Assembly: GCA_000934665.2 (NCBI GenBank)
Contig: KZ538133.1
Span: 1-64,000, forward strand
Origin: Catajapyx aquilonaris
Lineage: Eukaryota
Direction: 5' to 3'
Length of the DNA: 64,000 nucleotides
Part shown: positions 25,301-37,600 of the stretch, in pieces
How the letters are laid out: the number at the start of each line of letters is the position of its first letter
Position numbering within the stretch: the stretch's first letter is position 1
Notes under the pieces: model-generated
What the model was told of the DNA's origin: nothing
The model's database searches: none
What the model saw: only the letters and a program-made list of their open reading frames with translations
Translations under genes and position numbers: made by a program

Positions 25301-28300
25301 AAGCAACATAAATGCAGCAATCCGGAACACTTATGAATTATGAGGATACTAGGCATTGCCAAAATTAGGCAAAATTGCGAAAGTGGAGAGGGTAGAGAGA
25401 GGGAGAGGGAGAGGGAGAGGGAGACGCGGACCAGGCAGCGACATCCGACTGCGAAGTACCGAAGTAAGGCGATGCAGAGGTAGCGCCCTTGGCCGGAACG
25501 GCGTTTATGGCAACTCCGTGGAGGTTGGTTTTTTTGGCGGTCGGAGTTTTTTTTTTTTTGCGTTTTATAAATTCCCTGGGCACTATTTCCAAAAGAACAG
25601 AAGTTAATTGCAAATATAGGACATGTGGGCTAAATTTTGACATCACTTCCAATGCCGTAGGGCGTACACAGAGGAAGGAATCGCCATCACAATATAGATG
25701 CTACGGAGGATCTTCGATAATAAGGAGCGTCGCGTCCAATCGCGTCCGAATGCATGTGGAGGTCGTTGAAGGTCAAATCCAGCATTTATTACGAATGATC
25801 CTACATTCCCATGAACTAAGGTAACTTTTAAAACAAATATCACATTTCTAGGTAGAGCGGCGAAAAGAAATTAGTCGTTCTTTTGGAAGGGGGACTACCT
25901 AGTGAAACACCCTGTATATTGGATACCTAACTTAAATATTATGAAAAAAAGTTACACAGTGTCACGTGATGAAAATGACCACGGTAATATTTTAGGTTTC
26001 TCGACGAGCAATTTTCTGCAAATAGTAGGGCCTACTACAGATAGGCCTACATAATATTTTAAAGACACATATTGGTCTACACCAGTGCAGTGGTTCCCAA
26101 CCTATTTCGGGTCGCGGCCCCCTTTTATGATGGTCAAAAGACATTCGCGATGAAGATTGCCTATAAAAAAACTGATTATTAAAAAAAAAATAATGTATAA
26201 AAATTAGCGCGGCCATGCGTGACCACCTGGAAAAGGCATCGCGACCCCCAGGTTGGGAACCGCTGGTTTACACCTAACGTGAAAATACCAACAATGACGA
26301 AGAAAGGAGAAGAGGTGACCTGAAGAATGTACATCGGTCATCATTCACATTTTAGAATCACAATACGGACTCAGTAGCCGTAGCGTGTTGGCAAATATGC
26401 TTTCTTATCAGATGAGTTCTAAAAGGTACTATATCGCCCAAAAAGATAGAGACGATTTTGCATTTGACTCAAGTGCAACTTGCATTTGACTCAAGTGCAA
26501 CTTGCACTTGAATCAAATGCCAATCGTCTCTATCTTTTTGAGCGATATAGTACATGGTACAAGGGTAACGTAACACCGCAGACGTGCTTGTTGCTTTTAT
26601 CTGAATACGGGCTGTGCTTGCGACAAGTGGTAAAAATTGCAGTTAGTGCAAAAATATTGGTCATGACGCATTAGCTACATTCTTCTGTATTATGTATGCC
26701 ATATGCACGTATGTATGAATTATTAGAAAATAATCAGTCACATTAGTCAAAATAATTTTCACAATTTCCCCTCCTTCAATGTAATGTAGTGACCCTGTTA
26801 CCTCCATGCATCAACACAATTAACATTTTAAAAATATAAGCCCTGGTTCAATGCCCAATAAGTCACCTATAAAATGCACTTTAGAGGAACGTTCACTCTG
26901 CATACGAGTAAGTAGGATTTTCCTCTTCCTCCTTGTCCCTATTCCTCACTACCACCATCATTGAGTTGTGAGACAAATTCGCAGAGTGGATAAAATGTGT
27001 TTATACCCAGGATGTTATCAATAATTTAATCTGTTGCTGGAGGACGAAATACGTATTTGAAACTTTCGGCTAACTTTACGCTATCGGCTCGCAATTGGCT
27101 ACTATGAAATCAATCCAATTTCGAGCTTACTGTTGAGGGTGGAAAGTCTCAACTGACACTGTCAGAAATGACAACAAGTCATATCGTGTGCTAGTATCTG
27201 ATGAACTGGTTTGCGTCAGTTTGCTGCAAGATTTGGAGTGTGAGCTATATTACGAGCCACTTCTGCTATGACGTCCCTTTGTGAATAAATTACAACATCC
27301 TGTGGCAAAACGTCATGCAACTATAGTATATACAGTATGTACTGTACATGCATGTATTAATAAGAGACACATTAATATTGCAGCCCCGACGAAGAGGGCC
27401 TCCTGTCGTCATCGCGGCGACCACGTCGGGACTCCCTGAGTCCAGATTCCGCCGCCGAAGACTCTGGTCGTCGTAACCGTCGTGACTCCAAGCCCCACTT
27501 GTCCCCCGAGGGCTCCCGAGAACCGTCCCCTGGGCGACGCCGACAGCAGACCATCGGAGGCGGGTTGCGTCGTCAGTCGACCACCACCGACGACGGGAAG
27601 GGCGGAGGACGCCGGGGTTCCCGAACCCCGAGGTCTCCGGACTCGTCCTCGACGTGCAGCTCCCGAGAGCCGTCCCCAAAGGTATAGTGTAAGTTCAGTC
27701 GGTTGACAATTCGGAGGGATTGATGCGCGACCACGGACAGGGTCATGTGGCTGTACGGCGCCAGTCCACCACAGAGGAGATCCTGATCGCCAGAGGGTTT
27801 CGAAGGCAGTCCACCACCGAAGAGATGATCCGATGCAGGAACTTCAGGAGACAGTCCACCCAGAGCGAGGAGCTGACCAGGACCAGGGGCAGGAGGGACT
27901 CATGCACCCAGATCTTGGACGGAACCTTGCACACCATGACTGTGGAGACGTCCTCGGCGTTTTTTGATACTTCCACGCAGACTGGTGAGTCCCCGCTTTG
28001 TGGTCCGAGGTCGCGAAGGGGTTTTCGTCTCAAGGGGCGGAAATCCCAATCGCGACCTGTTCTTGAGCAACCTGAGCAGGAGTCGTCAAACTAGAGGTCG
28101 ATGGAATAACCGCAGAGAAAGGTCCTCTTTTGATATACAGGGCACCCTGATATTAAAATTTCTAGTTGACTACATCCAGTACTGTCGAATTTCCAGAGAT
28201 TTATTTCAGTACGTGATTACACGGGTACATATTCAAAACAAGGGCATATCGAATCCCATCTCTCAGGCTTCCGTCCTGAACGCCTCATTAGTAGGAGCCA

Positions 28301-31300
28301 TTTGGCACCCTAGAGAAGCAATCTAGCGAACAATAGTAAAAAAGAAGAGCTCAACCGTGCTACTGATTCGTCCTTATTGTTTAACCATGACCTTATATAC
28401 CTGAAAGCGCACGAGCAGACCTTTTCATGGGATGTCTTAATAACTCGCTGCTGAATCCATTTCCTTGCACGTGTGGATATATTGAGGAAAGGAATGTCTG
28501 TTGAGCAGAATAGCGTCAGATTATTGTAATGTAAGGTAATGATTGCAAATAATAATCAGAGTGCGATAGGCAGTGGAATTTAGTTACGGTACCTGATGAA
28601 AGAGTAAGTTTACCGAAGAGAATGGAGTCACAATTGAGACCTTGAAGCAATCAGGAAATTGACTGGAAGCAGCTGGTGTCGGATGCCTTCCTTCATTAAG
28701 GCACGAGGCACCTGCGCCACTGTCACAACTTTTGGGAAAGTGATCATCACTCTAATAGTGTATAAACGAATCAAGTCAATACTGTTGGGTATAGGCTATA
28801 CGTATTATCTTACCAAAAACAGGGGTCTCGTACAGTACTACCAAAATTCGCGTAATGCTGGGTCAGCAATGTACCCAGCCAGAATTAAGATTAGCTAGAC
28901 CGTGAGTTGAATGGACGAAAATCAGCAGTTGTAATCCTTTCATCTTTAATTTCTTTTTTTTTGTCAAAGAAGGCTTCCTGGGCAGGAAATTTGACAGACA
29001 ATTTGCGGATTTAACGAGGTCTCTTGTGTACTCTGCAGTATGTACGTGCTCTTTGGACTCAATTAAGGTGTTTGCATGCTCCACTTGTAGCGTCGCAAAT
29101 TGCCATTTGATGCCTTTAGCCCCTTTTCAGGCCATTTAATTAGAGCAATTCTCGTTTGCTTCACTTGGCAAATGCAACTCTTATATTTTGTGATCGCTGC
29201 TAGGGTAATTACACTTCTGAAATGACCTGGTGAAAAAAAGTAAATTTGCAATTGTTAAATTATGCCGAGTGTAGGATGTATCAGATTCAGATAGGGAAAT
29301 TCCTTGTACTACAGTAGTATACAATGTAATAGTATACCAAAACCGACGAAAACACCATATCATGTGTCGCACCGAGGTTTAATTACAGCATGTGGCTGAA
29401 ATGCAGTTTTGATTTTGTTAGCATTGGTCGTGTATGGAATATCCTTTAGGTTAGGGCATATCCCTCGTTATAGCTGTTGTACAGTACTAGACATGTGGTG
29501 TGCTATTATATTATTCGATAAACATTGTAGCAATTTTGCAAACTCCAGACATTGGGCATGTCCCGCGCATTTGTTTGTATGCAGTGGGAAATGGAGTCAG
29601 CAGATTACGCTCTGGAGAGATCGATATATCCATGGGGCGAGGAGTTGAGAGAGTGTGGCGGGGGTGTGTTGAGGGTGTTCTGGGTTCGGGGTTTTCGGTT
29701 GGGGGAGGATGGGGGATGGGGGGGCAAAGATGGCGATGCAGGGGGGCATCCTCCGACTGTGACCCGCGTCCCGTGCCTGCCCCGACTGGGCAGATGCCAT
29801 CCGCTACATCATGACCTAAGCGCACGTAAGCACTTCGACGACCTTTCACACTCTTTGCAAGGGTTCAATTTAGAGCACGATGTTTATTATTTATGCTGCT
29901 TGTACCCACTGTGCCAAGGTTGGATTGCGATGGTCCGATTTAATTTGCCGTTTTTCAAGAGATGGCACGGTATTGATCCTATGTGCTCTCACATATGCAA
30001 ATATATCTCACACTGTGGATATAAGGGGGGGTCTGTACATAGTAGGCTTACTGTGCGATGTGTTTGTAAAAATGTACGCCTAGTTTTATGACCAGTACAA
30101 TGGAGAGAGGTTTAAATAGCAATCGGGGTTTAATTAATTGCATTAGTTTGTTTCCATTAATTTGGAACATGATTACATGCCGAGCTACATTACTATGGAA
30201 AGTTTATTTGGCACGTTATTTTATGTAATGAAATTTTGATTCATTTGACACCGTAATGATGTGACGTGATGGATAAAAGCAGATAGGTATGCACTGTAAT
30301 TTCTGACTCGGTGCACCGGTGTTGCAGTAAAATTCAAATTATTTAAATAACCCGACTGTTATTACCTTTGAATTAACTTGAAAATAGGCGACTGATTATT
30401 TTAAAATGGTTATAACCATGCTTGCCAACATGCTTCTTGGTTGTTTTGAATGCACATATAGGATATAAATAAAAGTTACCTCCTTGACCAGTCAGGGACC
30501 AGTCCAGAGTTATCCACACTTTAGCATATGCTTTGACTCTCACTTCAAAAATCTGTAAATGGAAGTAAATTGTAAGGCATAGTGATAAGAAAATCGCAAT
30601 GATGGCAATCAAGATTAGCGTAATATGTGTAACTGTTTCGTTTACATGAAAATAAGAGACTTTCCATTTAAAGTATTGACCACCTCACTTAGGTACAGTG
30701 ACTGTCAGCAATACACTATAAATAATGCACTCTATAGCTAACGCTATTAAACACTAGTGATTACAGACAAATGCATTATTTTTTCATTAATTCTGTTTGT
30801 AAATTTGATTCAAATTTCCCTCGTTACATGCATTCAAGACGCACGTGTAAACAAGCATGGAACGTGATCAGATACTGTTTCGGCTTTTGAAAACAATACT
30901 GCCTTGCCATTTACGTCGCTGTCGCCCGTCAGACGTTAATAATTAGGACCTCACTTCAGATTTTTCGATCACGATATTTTTCTGGGTTTGAATTTACAAG
31001 GAAGACATTGACATGTATCTGATTACCTGCCATTCTACTGTCAGTACTTGGGAGATCAATATTTGACTATTGCACTGCAAGGTTTGTGATTATTTTTGTC
31101 ACAATCATGCAGGCAAAATATATGGGTTGTGTATGTGGAGCAGACGTTATTGAATTTCAACGCTGAACGACCTTTGGAAATAGCCTGAAAAAAAACAGGA
31201 GATTGATCGAATAGTGATACGAATAATTACTTTCAAAGAAAATATCATATTTCAAATTTAGATTGAGAAATTTGATTCCTGCTTTCTTACTATTGCAGAA

Positions 31301-34300
31301 TTATGTGCACTAACCTTTATCTCAAAAATACTTTTCCAGGTGCATATGTACAGGGTGATACACTGACCAAGTACCTAGTTCACAAGGTAGATGAACTCTT
31401 CTCTTTGAACTGGTTGATAGATAAACAATCAAGAGCTACTTCAACACCTGTTGAACTGGCGACTTGGGAAGTGTGCCACCCTGTGCACATTTGCACTTCA
31501 TCTACTGTATTTTATTTCGACACTTACATCCGTTCCTAACACAGATCACAATATTATGAGCATACGTATACATGACAGCATGTCAGGCGACTACAACAAT
31601 TGACCTGGCTCGTACGTCTAATTTCAGCATTGGACGACATATTGGTTAAAAGTTTTTCTCAATAGTCGATAGTCACAGAGAGAATTCCCGTCTCATGGCG
31701 AATATTGACCACAGAGTAGGGTTAGATTTAATTAGTTTCTTAGAGTCTTTTAGCACATAGCACGCTGTCGAGCACGGTGCACGCTTAATTAACGGACAGG
31801 TGGTTTATCAGAGTCTCCGTCGCTGTACGACAACAACAACTACCACGAAGAGTGCCTCCGCTGCAACTCTTGCGGCGTGAACCTGTCCGGCACCAACCAG
31901 AAGCGAGCCCGGAGGTTCCGCAACCAGATCCTCTGCGACCTGCACTTCGCTGACGTAGCCCTCATGGAGTGCTCAGACTTTATGCAACAGCTTCGCGCCT
32001 TCAAACCGCAGAGCCTGGGCTGCGCCGTCGCCAGGAGAAAATCCTCCACCACTCTCATCTTCCCTCTACCTCCACAGGCTTGTTCAGGTATGGCTGGTAT
32101 TATCCAGACAAAGACATGAGGCAGTTTAGACCCAACGTTTTATGATTGTCCACAAAACATTTTAAAGTCCTTCTGGTGAACTGTTTCATGTATTTTGTCT
32201 GCAATGCAGAGATTGCAGACACTTGAGTCATGACTGTGTGTACCATTTGACAGACGAGTTCTGCGAGGAGTACCCGCACAACCTGCTGCCAACTCCAGGC
32301 TACTGGATCGAGTGCTCGAGGCAGAAGATTAATACCGACACCATATGGGACGAGTGGGGTGAGGACAAAGGAGAGGACGAGGACGAGGAGGGTGCCAAGA
32401 CGACAAAGGACACTGGAGTCGGGGATGACGACGTGGCTGACGGCGACGGGGATGTGGAAGGGGAGGAGGGAGAGGAGGAGGAGGAGGGGGCCGAGGAGGA
32501 GGAGGAAGATGAGGAAGATGAGGAAGGCAAGAGTGCTGAGGAGGAAGGAGAGGACGGAAGACGGAGGATGCCCAGCATCACGGAGTGTGGTCGTCGCAGA
32601 GGAAGCTCAGGGGTTGGGATAGGGACGGGGATCAGCAAGACGACGGTGGAGGAGCAGTGGGAGAGGAACGGGTGCTTCGAGCTCACCTCGGTGGAGCAAG
32701 AGACCTACGAGCGGTACTTCTACGGATCCGAGCACTGGAACTACTTCACTAACGACGAGGACCTGGGACCGGTTATCCTCAGTCTCAAGCAGGAGAATCT
32801 CAACGGCCGGGACCAGTTCAGGTCAGTGAACGGTCACAAACCACTCATTTGACCGGGATGACTGAGGGTTTGTTCTTGCGCTTTCTTTTTACAGGATCCT
32901 GGTTCGTGCCATCAGTTACACCGTGCATGGTTTGATTCCTGCCTCGTGTGTTTTTGCCGACCGGTACAACAGAGAGGAAGTGGTCCGCTCTTTAGGAAAG
33001 GAGATTAATCTTAACCCACCGTTGGTTCTGGGGCAGCTGCCTGACACTCCTGAGGAACTACTTAAACTGGACCAGGTCTTCATCAAGTCTGAGCTAAAAG
33101 TGGGGGTCATTTACGTCAGGGAGGGACAGTATACCGAGGAGGAGATCCTCGATAACAATTGGAACAGCCCGCTCTTTGATGAGTTCCTACAGATTTTGGG
33201 AGAAAGGGTTCGACTTAGAGGTACGGTTGTGTAATGTTCTTTGCAGTACACGTTAAAGCCTGCTTCTCAATGCTAGTTGGGTATTTGCCCCAAGATGCGA
33301 CAACCTGGGAATATGGTGATGAGATCTGCAGGATTAAGTTATACCAATATCTGGGGGGTTTGAAATGTGGAAATTGTCAGGATAGGAAATAGATTTCTCC
33401 TGGGATCGTCGCGTGAGTTATTTGATGGATGCATACCAATGATTCTGAAGCAAAGAAGCATGATCCAGGACAATGATGTATTGCATAATGTTAAGATGCA
33501 TGCCACTGTATACCTGGATAGTGGATACTATATATTAAGCACCTTTTTGTGCAGGTGGAGGACAAATTCACAAATAGCTGCGATATTGATGAACACGACG
33601 CTGTTTGCATGATAATAACAATTTTGTACCTTACTGACCTTTTCTCTAATGATCCTTATGGTGATTACAGGGTTTGACCGATACAAAGGTGGTCTGGACA
33701 CCGTTCACGACCTGACTGGACTTCATTCAGTGTACACTCAATGGCGAGGAATTGAAGTCATGTTTCATGTGTCGACCCAGTTGCCGTACGAGCAACACGA
33801 CCCCCAGAAGCTGCAGCGTAAGAGGCACATAGGTAACGACATCGTCTGCGTCGTTTTCCTGGAAGCGGACAACACCCCCTTTTCACCCGCCTGCATCAAG
33901 TCTCACTTCCTGCACACCTTCGTCGTCGTGCGTACCTCGCCCAAGATAAAGCGGAAACCCACGAGGTACGAGGTTTCGGTGGTGACCCGGGACGAAGTGG
34001 GCGCCTACAAGCCGTACCTTTGGGAGCAGAGCATATTCGACAAAGGGGCCATGTTTCGAGAGTGGGTGCTGACCAAGATTGTCAACGGAGAACGCGCATC
34101 GTACTCTGCACCTAAGTTTGCTCGCATGCAGGAGAGAACGCGCTCGCAAATGTTGGAGGACATTGTGGCCAATCTGCAGAACCATGCTGAGACCGGGCAG
34201 ATACCTAAGCCGTACAGGTTCGTAAACTGCAATCTGGCTATAGACAGCCCTGCACATTGTATTTTGTGTACTTACAGACGCGGTTCGTGGCGCCCTATTG

Positions 34301-36033
34301 GACACATGCGGCCTTCGTCCCCTCTGCTGGACTCGGTGCGAGACCCCTTCGAGAGCCACGAGCAACTGGCCAAAGACTTCACCCGGGCTTTCATCAACCC
34401 ACTGTCTCCGTCGTCACCCACCACCGCGACGGCGTCGGGAACGTCGTCGACAGTGTATCTCTTCGACGTCGTGTTTCTCGTGGGGCAGGGAAAGTCCAAA
34501 GCCAGGTGCCTTGGAGTGCGCGCCATCTTGGCTGTCAGAAGTCGCGTCTTCCAAGAGATGCTGTACGGAATATCCACTGGGTTTGGATCTCCACAGGTGC
34601 CTGTCGCTGAGCTGCTGGCGAGGGCAGCACCCCCGTTGCATTCGCCTTCCCACTCCAAGCCAAAAAGTTCCAATTTCCTCCAAGTGCCAGACATCGAGAG
34701 TCCTAGGTAATTTTTATCAATCGCCATGAACATCCTATGTTTAAGACCAACTTGTGTGAATCTGCAGGCCTAAGAGTGTGCCAAACTCCCCGATGGTGGT
34801 GCGTGCCTTCAGTCGCTTGGGGACACTGACCGCTGGCTGGGGAAGGTCCATCCGGAGCAAAGGAGACCGCCATTCGGAGCGACTCAGCGCGGAGGCCAAG
34901 AAGTGGTCGTCCAGCCATGACTGTTCTAAGTCAGGGTCAGGGGCTGCACCTGGGACATCCGGCTCCTCGGCTGGAGGACAAGGGCAGGGAGGACCAGGGC
35001 CAGGAAATAGGGATCAGCTGTCTGTGCCAAGGCTGAGTGTTTGTGCTGATGCCGCAAAGGTCAGGTCACACTCTTGAGTGGGTCCATGTGGAACTTGTGT
35101 AAACTGTGGGCAACATTTCAGGTGGATCGCCAGAAGCTGGTTCAGAGCGAGTTTATGATAATCGAGTTTGACCCGGAGACGTTCCGTACCCTTCTGGACT
35201 ATCTTCACACGGGCACGTGCCCTTTGACCTGCTGCAACATCCCAGGGCTGATCTGCGCCGCCGAGCACTACGACCTTCCGGAGCTGCTCCAGGCCTGCTT
35301 CCACCACGCCAAGCAGTTCCTGAGGGTGGACGTGGCCTGCGCCATGCTTGTATCCCTCGAGAACTACTACTGGCGGTACACCTCGGCCTCAGAACTGGTC
35401 AACATGATTCTGGCATTTGTTGAAACACGAGCATATCAGGTGAGTTTGTCAATCAAGGAGTGGTCAGCAGAAGAGCAGGAATGGACTGATGATGTGCTTT
35501 GCAGGTGTTCCAGAGCAGCGACTTCATGAACTTGAGCGAGTCGATGGTGCAGATGATAATGAGTCGCAATCTGGAGGTTCCAGAAGTACGCAAGTTCGAA
35601 GCCATGCTGGGCTGGGCTCGCAACCGCATCCGCAACCGCACCGCAGGAGCCAAGGTCGACGCCAAGTTGGAGTTCAGGTGCATCATGGAACGACTCAGCA
35701 GAGACCTTAAACTCTATAGGATTTCACCTCAGGAGCTCATCAAGGTAAAGCCATTATCATGGCGTATGATCATAGTGAGCATGGGCAAGGAAATGATGTG
35801 CACTGACGTGTCACATGGATGATAGGTTATGGTCTCATCACAGTCGTATTGTTCTTCAGGTTGTCCTGCCCAGCAAGGCGATCAAGAACGAGCGTATTTT
35901 GGAGACCCTTATGTTCCAAGCAAACTCGGGCATGTATCGCATCCAGGATTCATACCTGGAGGCGTGTCAGAGGAGGCTTCAGAAACAGGACTCCCGGTTC
36001 TCAGACTGGGACTCGTTTGATTACGGCCTCTAA
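19367..36033 (+). CDS. rad: radish-like protein: split LIM + PKA-site-rich region + RapGAP + BTB/BACK (~1640 aa with a 39-aa first exon)
   Basis: Phase-consistent GT-AG exons: 19367-19473, 20518-20641, 23207-23487, 23612-24058, 24513-24653, 27384-27681, 27741-27984, 31812-32087, 32254-32821, 32895-33220, 33671-34217, 34278-34706, 34768-35059, 35122-35439, 35505-35744, 35860-36033 (TAA). RRQSTTEEILIARGFRRQSTTEEMIRCRNFRRQS and dense RRxS motifs are as I recall for Drosophila radish. RapGAP motifs KVGVIYVREGQ, KGGLD, MFHVST and KRHIGND are present. Confidence 0.85.
20712..20888. repeat. Nested inverted-repeat element (MITE-like or structured intronic RNA)
   Basis: Outer arms GGACTATATGGCAACACTG and CAGGGTTGCCATAGTCC enclose a ~24-bp-stem hairpin (20731-20805) and a second hairpin GCTGATCA...TGATCAGC (20807-20872). 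Confidence 0.7.
23207..27984 (+). CDS. rad: radish low-complexity PKA-consensus-rich region (5 exons)
   Basis: About 20 RRx(S/T) motifs by my count (RRDS, RRES, RRQS, RRLS, RRAS, RRGS, RRDT), plus a polyproline tract at ~23872-24000. Confidence 0.85.
24868..25914 (+). mobile_element. Non-autonomous, decayed Tc1/mariner-superfamily DNA transposon
   Basis: Perfect 13-bp TIRs CAGGGTGTTTCAC / GTGAAACACCCTG flanked by TA on both sides. Internal remnant RVRMHVEVVEGQIQHLL resembles the Tc1/mariner C-terminal RLxxCIxxxGGHFEHLL. Confidence 0.8.
26083..26265. mobile_element. hAT (Charlie-like) MITE
   Basis: TIRs CAGTGGTTCCCAACC / GGTTGGGAACCGCTG, subterminal GGGTCGC/GCGACCC, and an 8-bp TSD GTCTACAC / GTTTACAC (1 mismatch). 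The left end carries a duplicated CAGTG. Confidence 0.85.
26426..26553. repeat. Long near-perfect palindrome with internal tandem duplication
   Basis: GTACTATATCGCCCAAAAAGATAGAGACGATT...AATCGTCTCTATCTTTTTGAGCGATATAGTAC, with TTGCATTTGACTCAAGTGCAAC present twice in tandem near the centre. Confidence 0.9.
29591..29825 (+). CDS. Candidate internal alternative first exon of radish
   Basis: ATG at 29591 (or 29579) opens MESADYALERSIYPWG...GDAGGHPPTVTRVPCLPRLGRCHPLHHDLSA. It ends at a consensus phase-1 donor C|GTAAGC, in frame with the phase-1 acceptor at 31812. Confidence 0.55.
32895..34217 (+). CDS. rad: Rap/Ran-GAP catalytic domain exons of radish
   Basis: LKVGVIYVREGQYTEEEILDN...[25 protein letters not shown]...IEVMFHVST...RKRHIGNDIVCVVF...FREWVLTKIVNGERA. 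The catalytic Asn-thumb of Rap1GAP-family proteins is retained. Confidence 0.93.
34455..36033 (+). CDS. rad: BTB (split) and BACK-like C-terminal region of radish
   Basis: DVVFLVG...GVRAILAVRSRVFQEMLYG, then after an insert FDPETFRTLLDYLHTG...LICAAEHYDLPELLQAC. BACK-like segment follows: SDFMNLSESMVQMIMSRNLEVPEVRKFEAMLGW...LKLYRISPQELIKVV. Confidence 0.85.
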
Positions 36034-36489
36034 GTCTACAGTCACGTGGTGACGACTGCCAAACTTATATGCCACTCAGAGAGACAATATTGGAGGAGGT
36101 GAAGTCAAAGCCATCAGTGGCTCCCTGTCTATATACTGCTATCTTTGCTCACTCAAATATGCACACTTCTCGCCAGGTAGAGGACAGCACCTGCTTTTAA
36201 AAATTTCAAGTAGTAATGATTGCATTTAAACACACTTAGGTACGGGTTTGAACCCAACCTTAGTGTACAATAATATTACTTTTATGAGTATTATTACTAT
36301 ACATGTGCGCAAAAATTATGTGACTATGAAAGTAAAATGGGGCACCCATATACATAATCATAAGTCAGAAAACGTTATTGATTTACATTGCAATAGTTTA
36401 TTGTTGCTTAATTATGAAATTTTTATGTTTACATTGATTACAGAAATTCCATGTAAATAATTATGATGCGGTGCTGGCCTAGATCTGGC

Positions 36490-37600
36490 AATCATTGGCA
36501 TGCTAATTTTGGAAACGTCCAAACCAGCCAATACCTTAATGTTTTAATTTTACGCCCAGTATAATTTCAATAAAAACAATTTTGCTCAAAAAATAATAGG
36601 GAGCGGTATGGTTTTTACTTCACCTCTTCAAGTCTGATATAAGAAAAACATAACGCTTAAAACATCCGTTCGTTGTCACTAAATACGCATCAATATTATA
36701 TCTTGTACGTAAGTGAGATGTAAGGTATTATGATGAAGCTTTGGATTGGACAAAAGGAAAATCCGCAACATTTATTTTTATGCTAACAGTTCAAGTGACG
36801 AAAGTCAGTCATAACAATCATTACTTTCAGGAAAGAATGACAAATTATCTTCAGTTGCAACTGTTACATTGTTGTTGACTGTTACTGTCTACTTGTTAAC
36901 CAAATAAGTCTGCATAATGTAGCCTCCTAAACCCCCCACAAAATAATTGGATTATTTTTTATTAGGTTGATATGTTGATAAAATGAGTCGTGGAATGTAA
37001 CATATTTATTGGAAAGCCAACATGTGATGTTATTTATGCCAAAGATTAGTAATTACGCCAAATTTGGATGCCATTTAAATGACTAGGCCTCCACGTTATT
37101 GGAAAAATCGCAAAACCAATACAAGTGTAACCCAAATATCAAAATGAAGTTATTACATGAAAAGTAATAACTAATATTACCTGTGTTTTCTGTGGTCGCC
37201 AATACTGTGGCAGACTTTGGGTGATTATTGTATCGTATTAGGTTGATGTTAAAATCCCCCCAAAATATGGCCTGTTCTGATTTGTTGATTTGAAGCCAAA
37301 AAAAAAGAAAATTGCGAAACTTCCACTCCTGCCCAGGAAGAAAGCACTTTGTGTACTTATGGCGGCCAAATGCTATAAAGAGTGACAATGTCATGTATAA
37401 AATATATTTTTTTGGTGTTTCGGGGAAATAATAACCAATTACGCTTGTAATGGGAAGATTTTTTTTGACAACCAAAAATTTGAAATATTTGCATATTTGC
37501 ACTCATTAAAAGTACATGATAAGCATACACGGTGTGCCATAATTCGTCGTAGCTAGTTACCTTGTGTGATATAAATATTCCTACATACAACGCGGGTGAT
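36490..37600 (-). mobile_element. Decayed non-LTR retrotransposon (APE endonuclease + RT remnants, CR1/L2-like)
   Basis: Minus-strand remnants in ORF2 order: TLYSIWPP (cf. IYRPP), AIFWGDFNINL (GDFN, ~37250), YFLSKIV (~36580) and VLAGLDVSK (cf. FLDLSKAFD, ~36515). Many stops, frameshifts and deletions. Confidence 0.6.
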
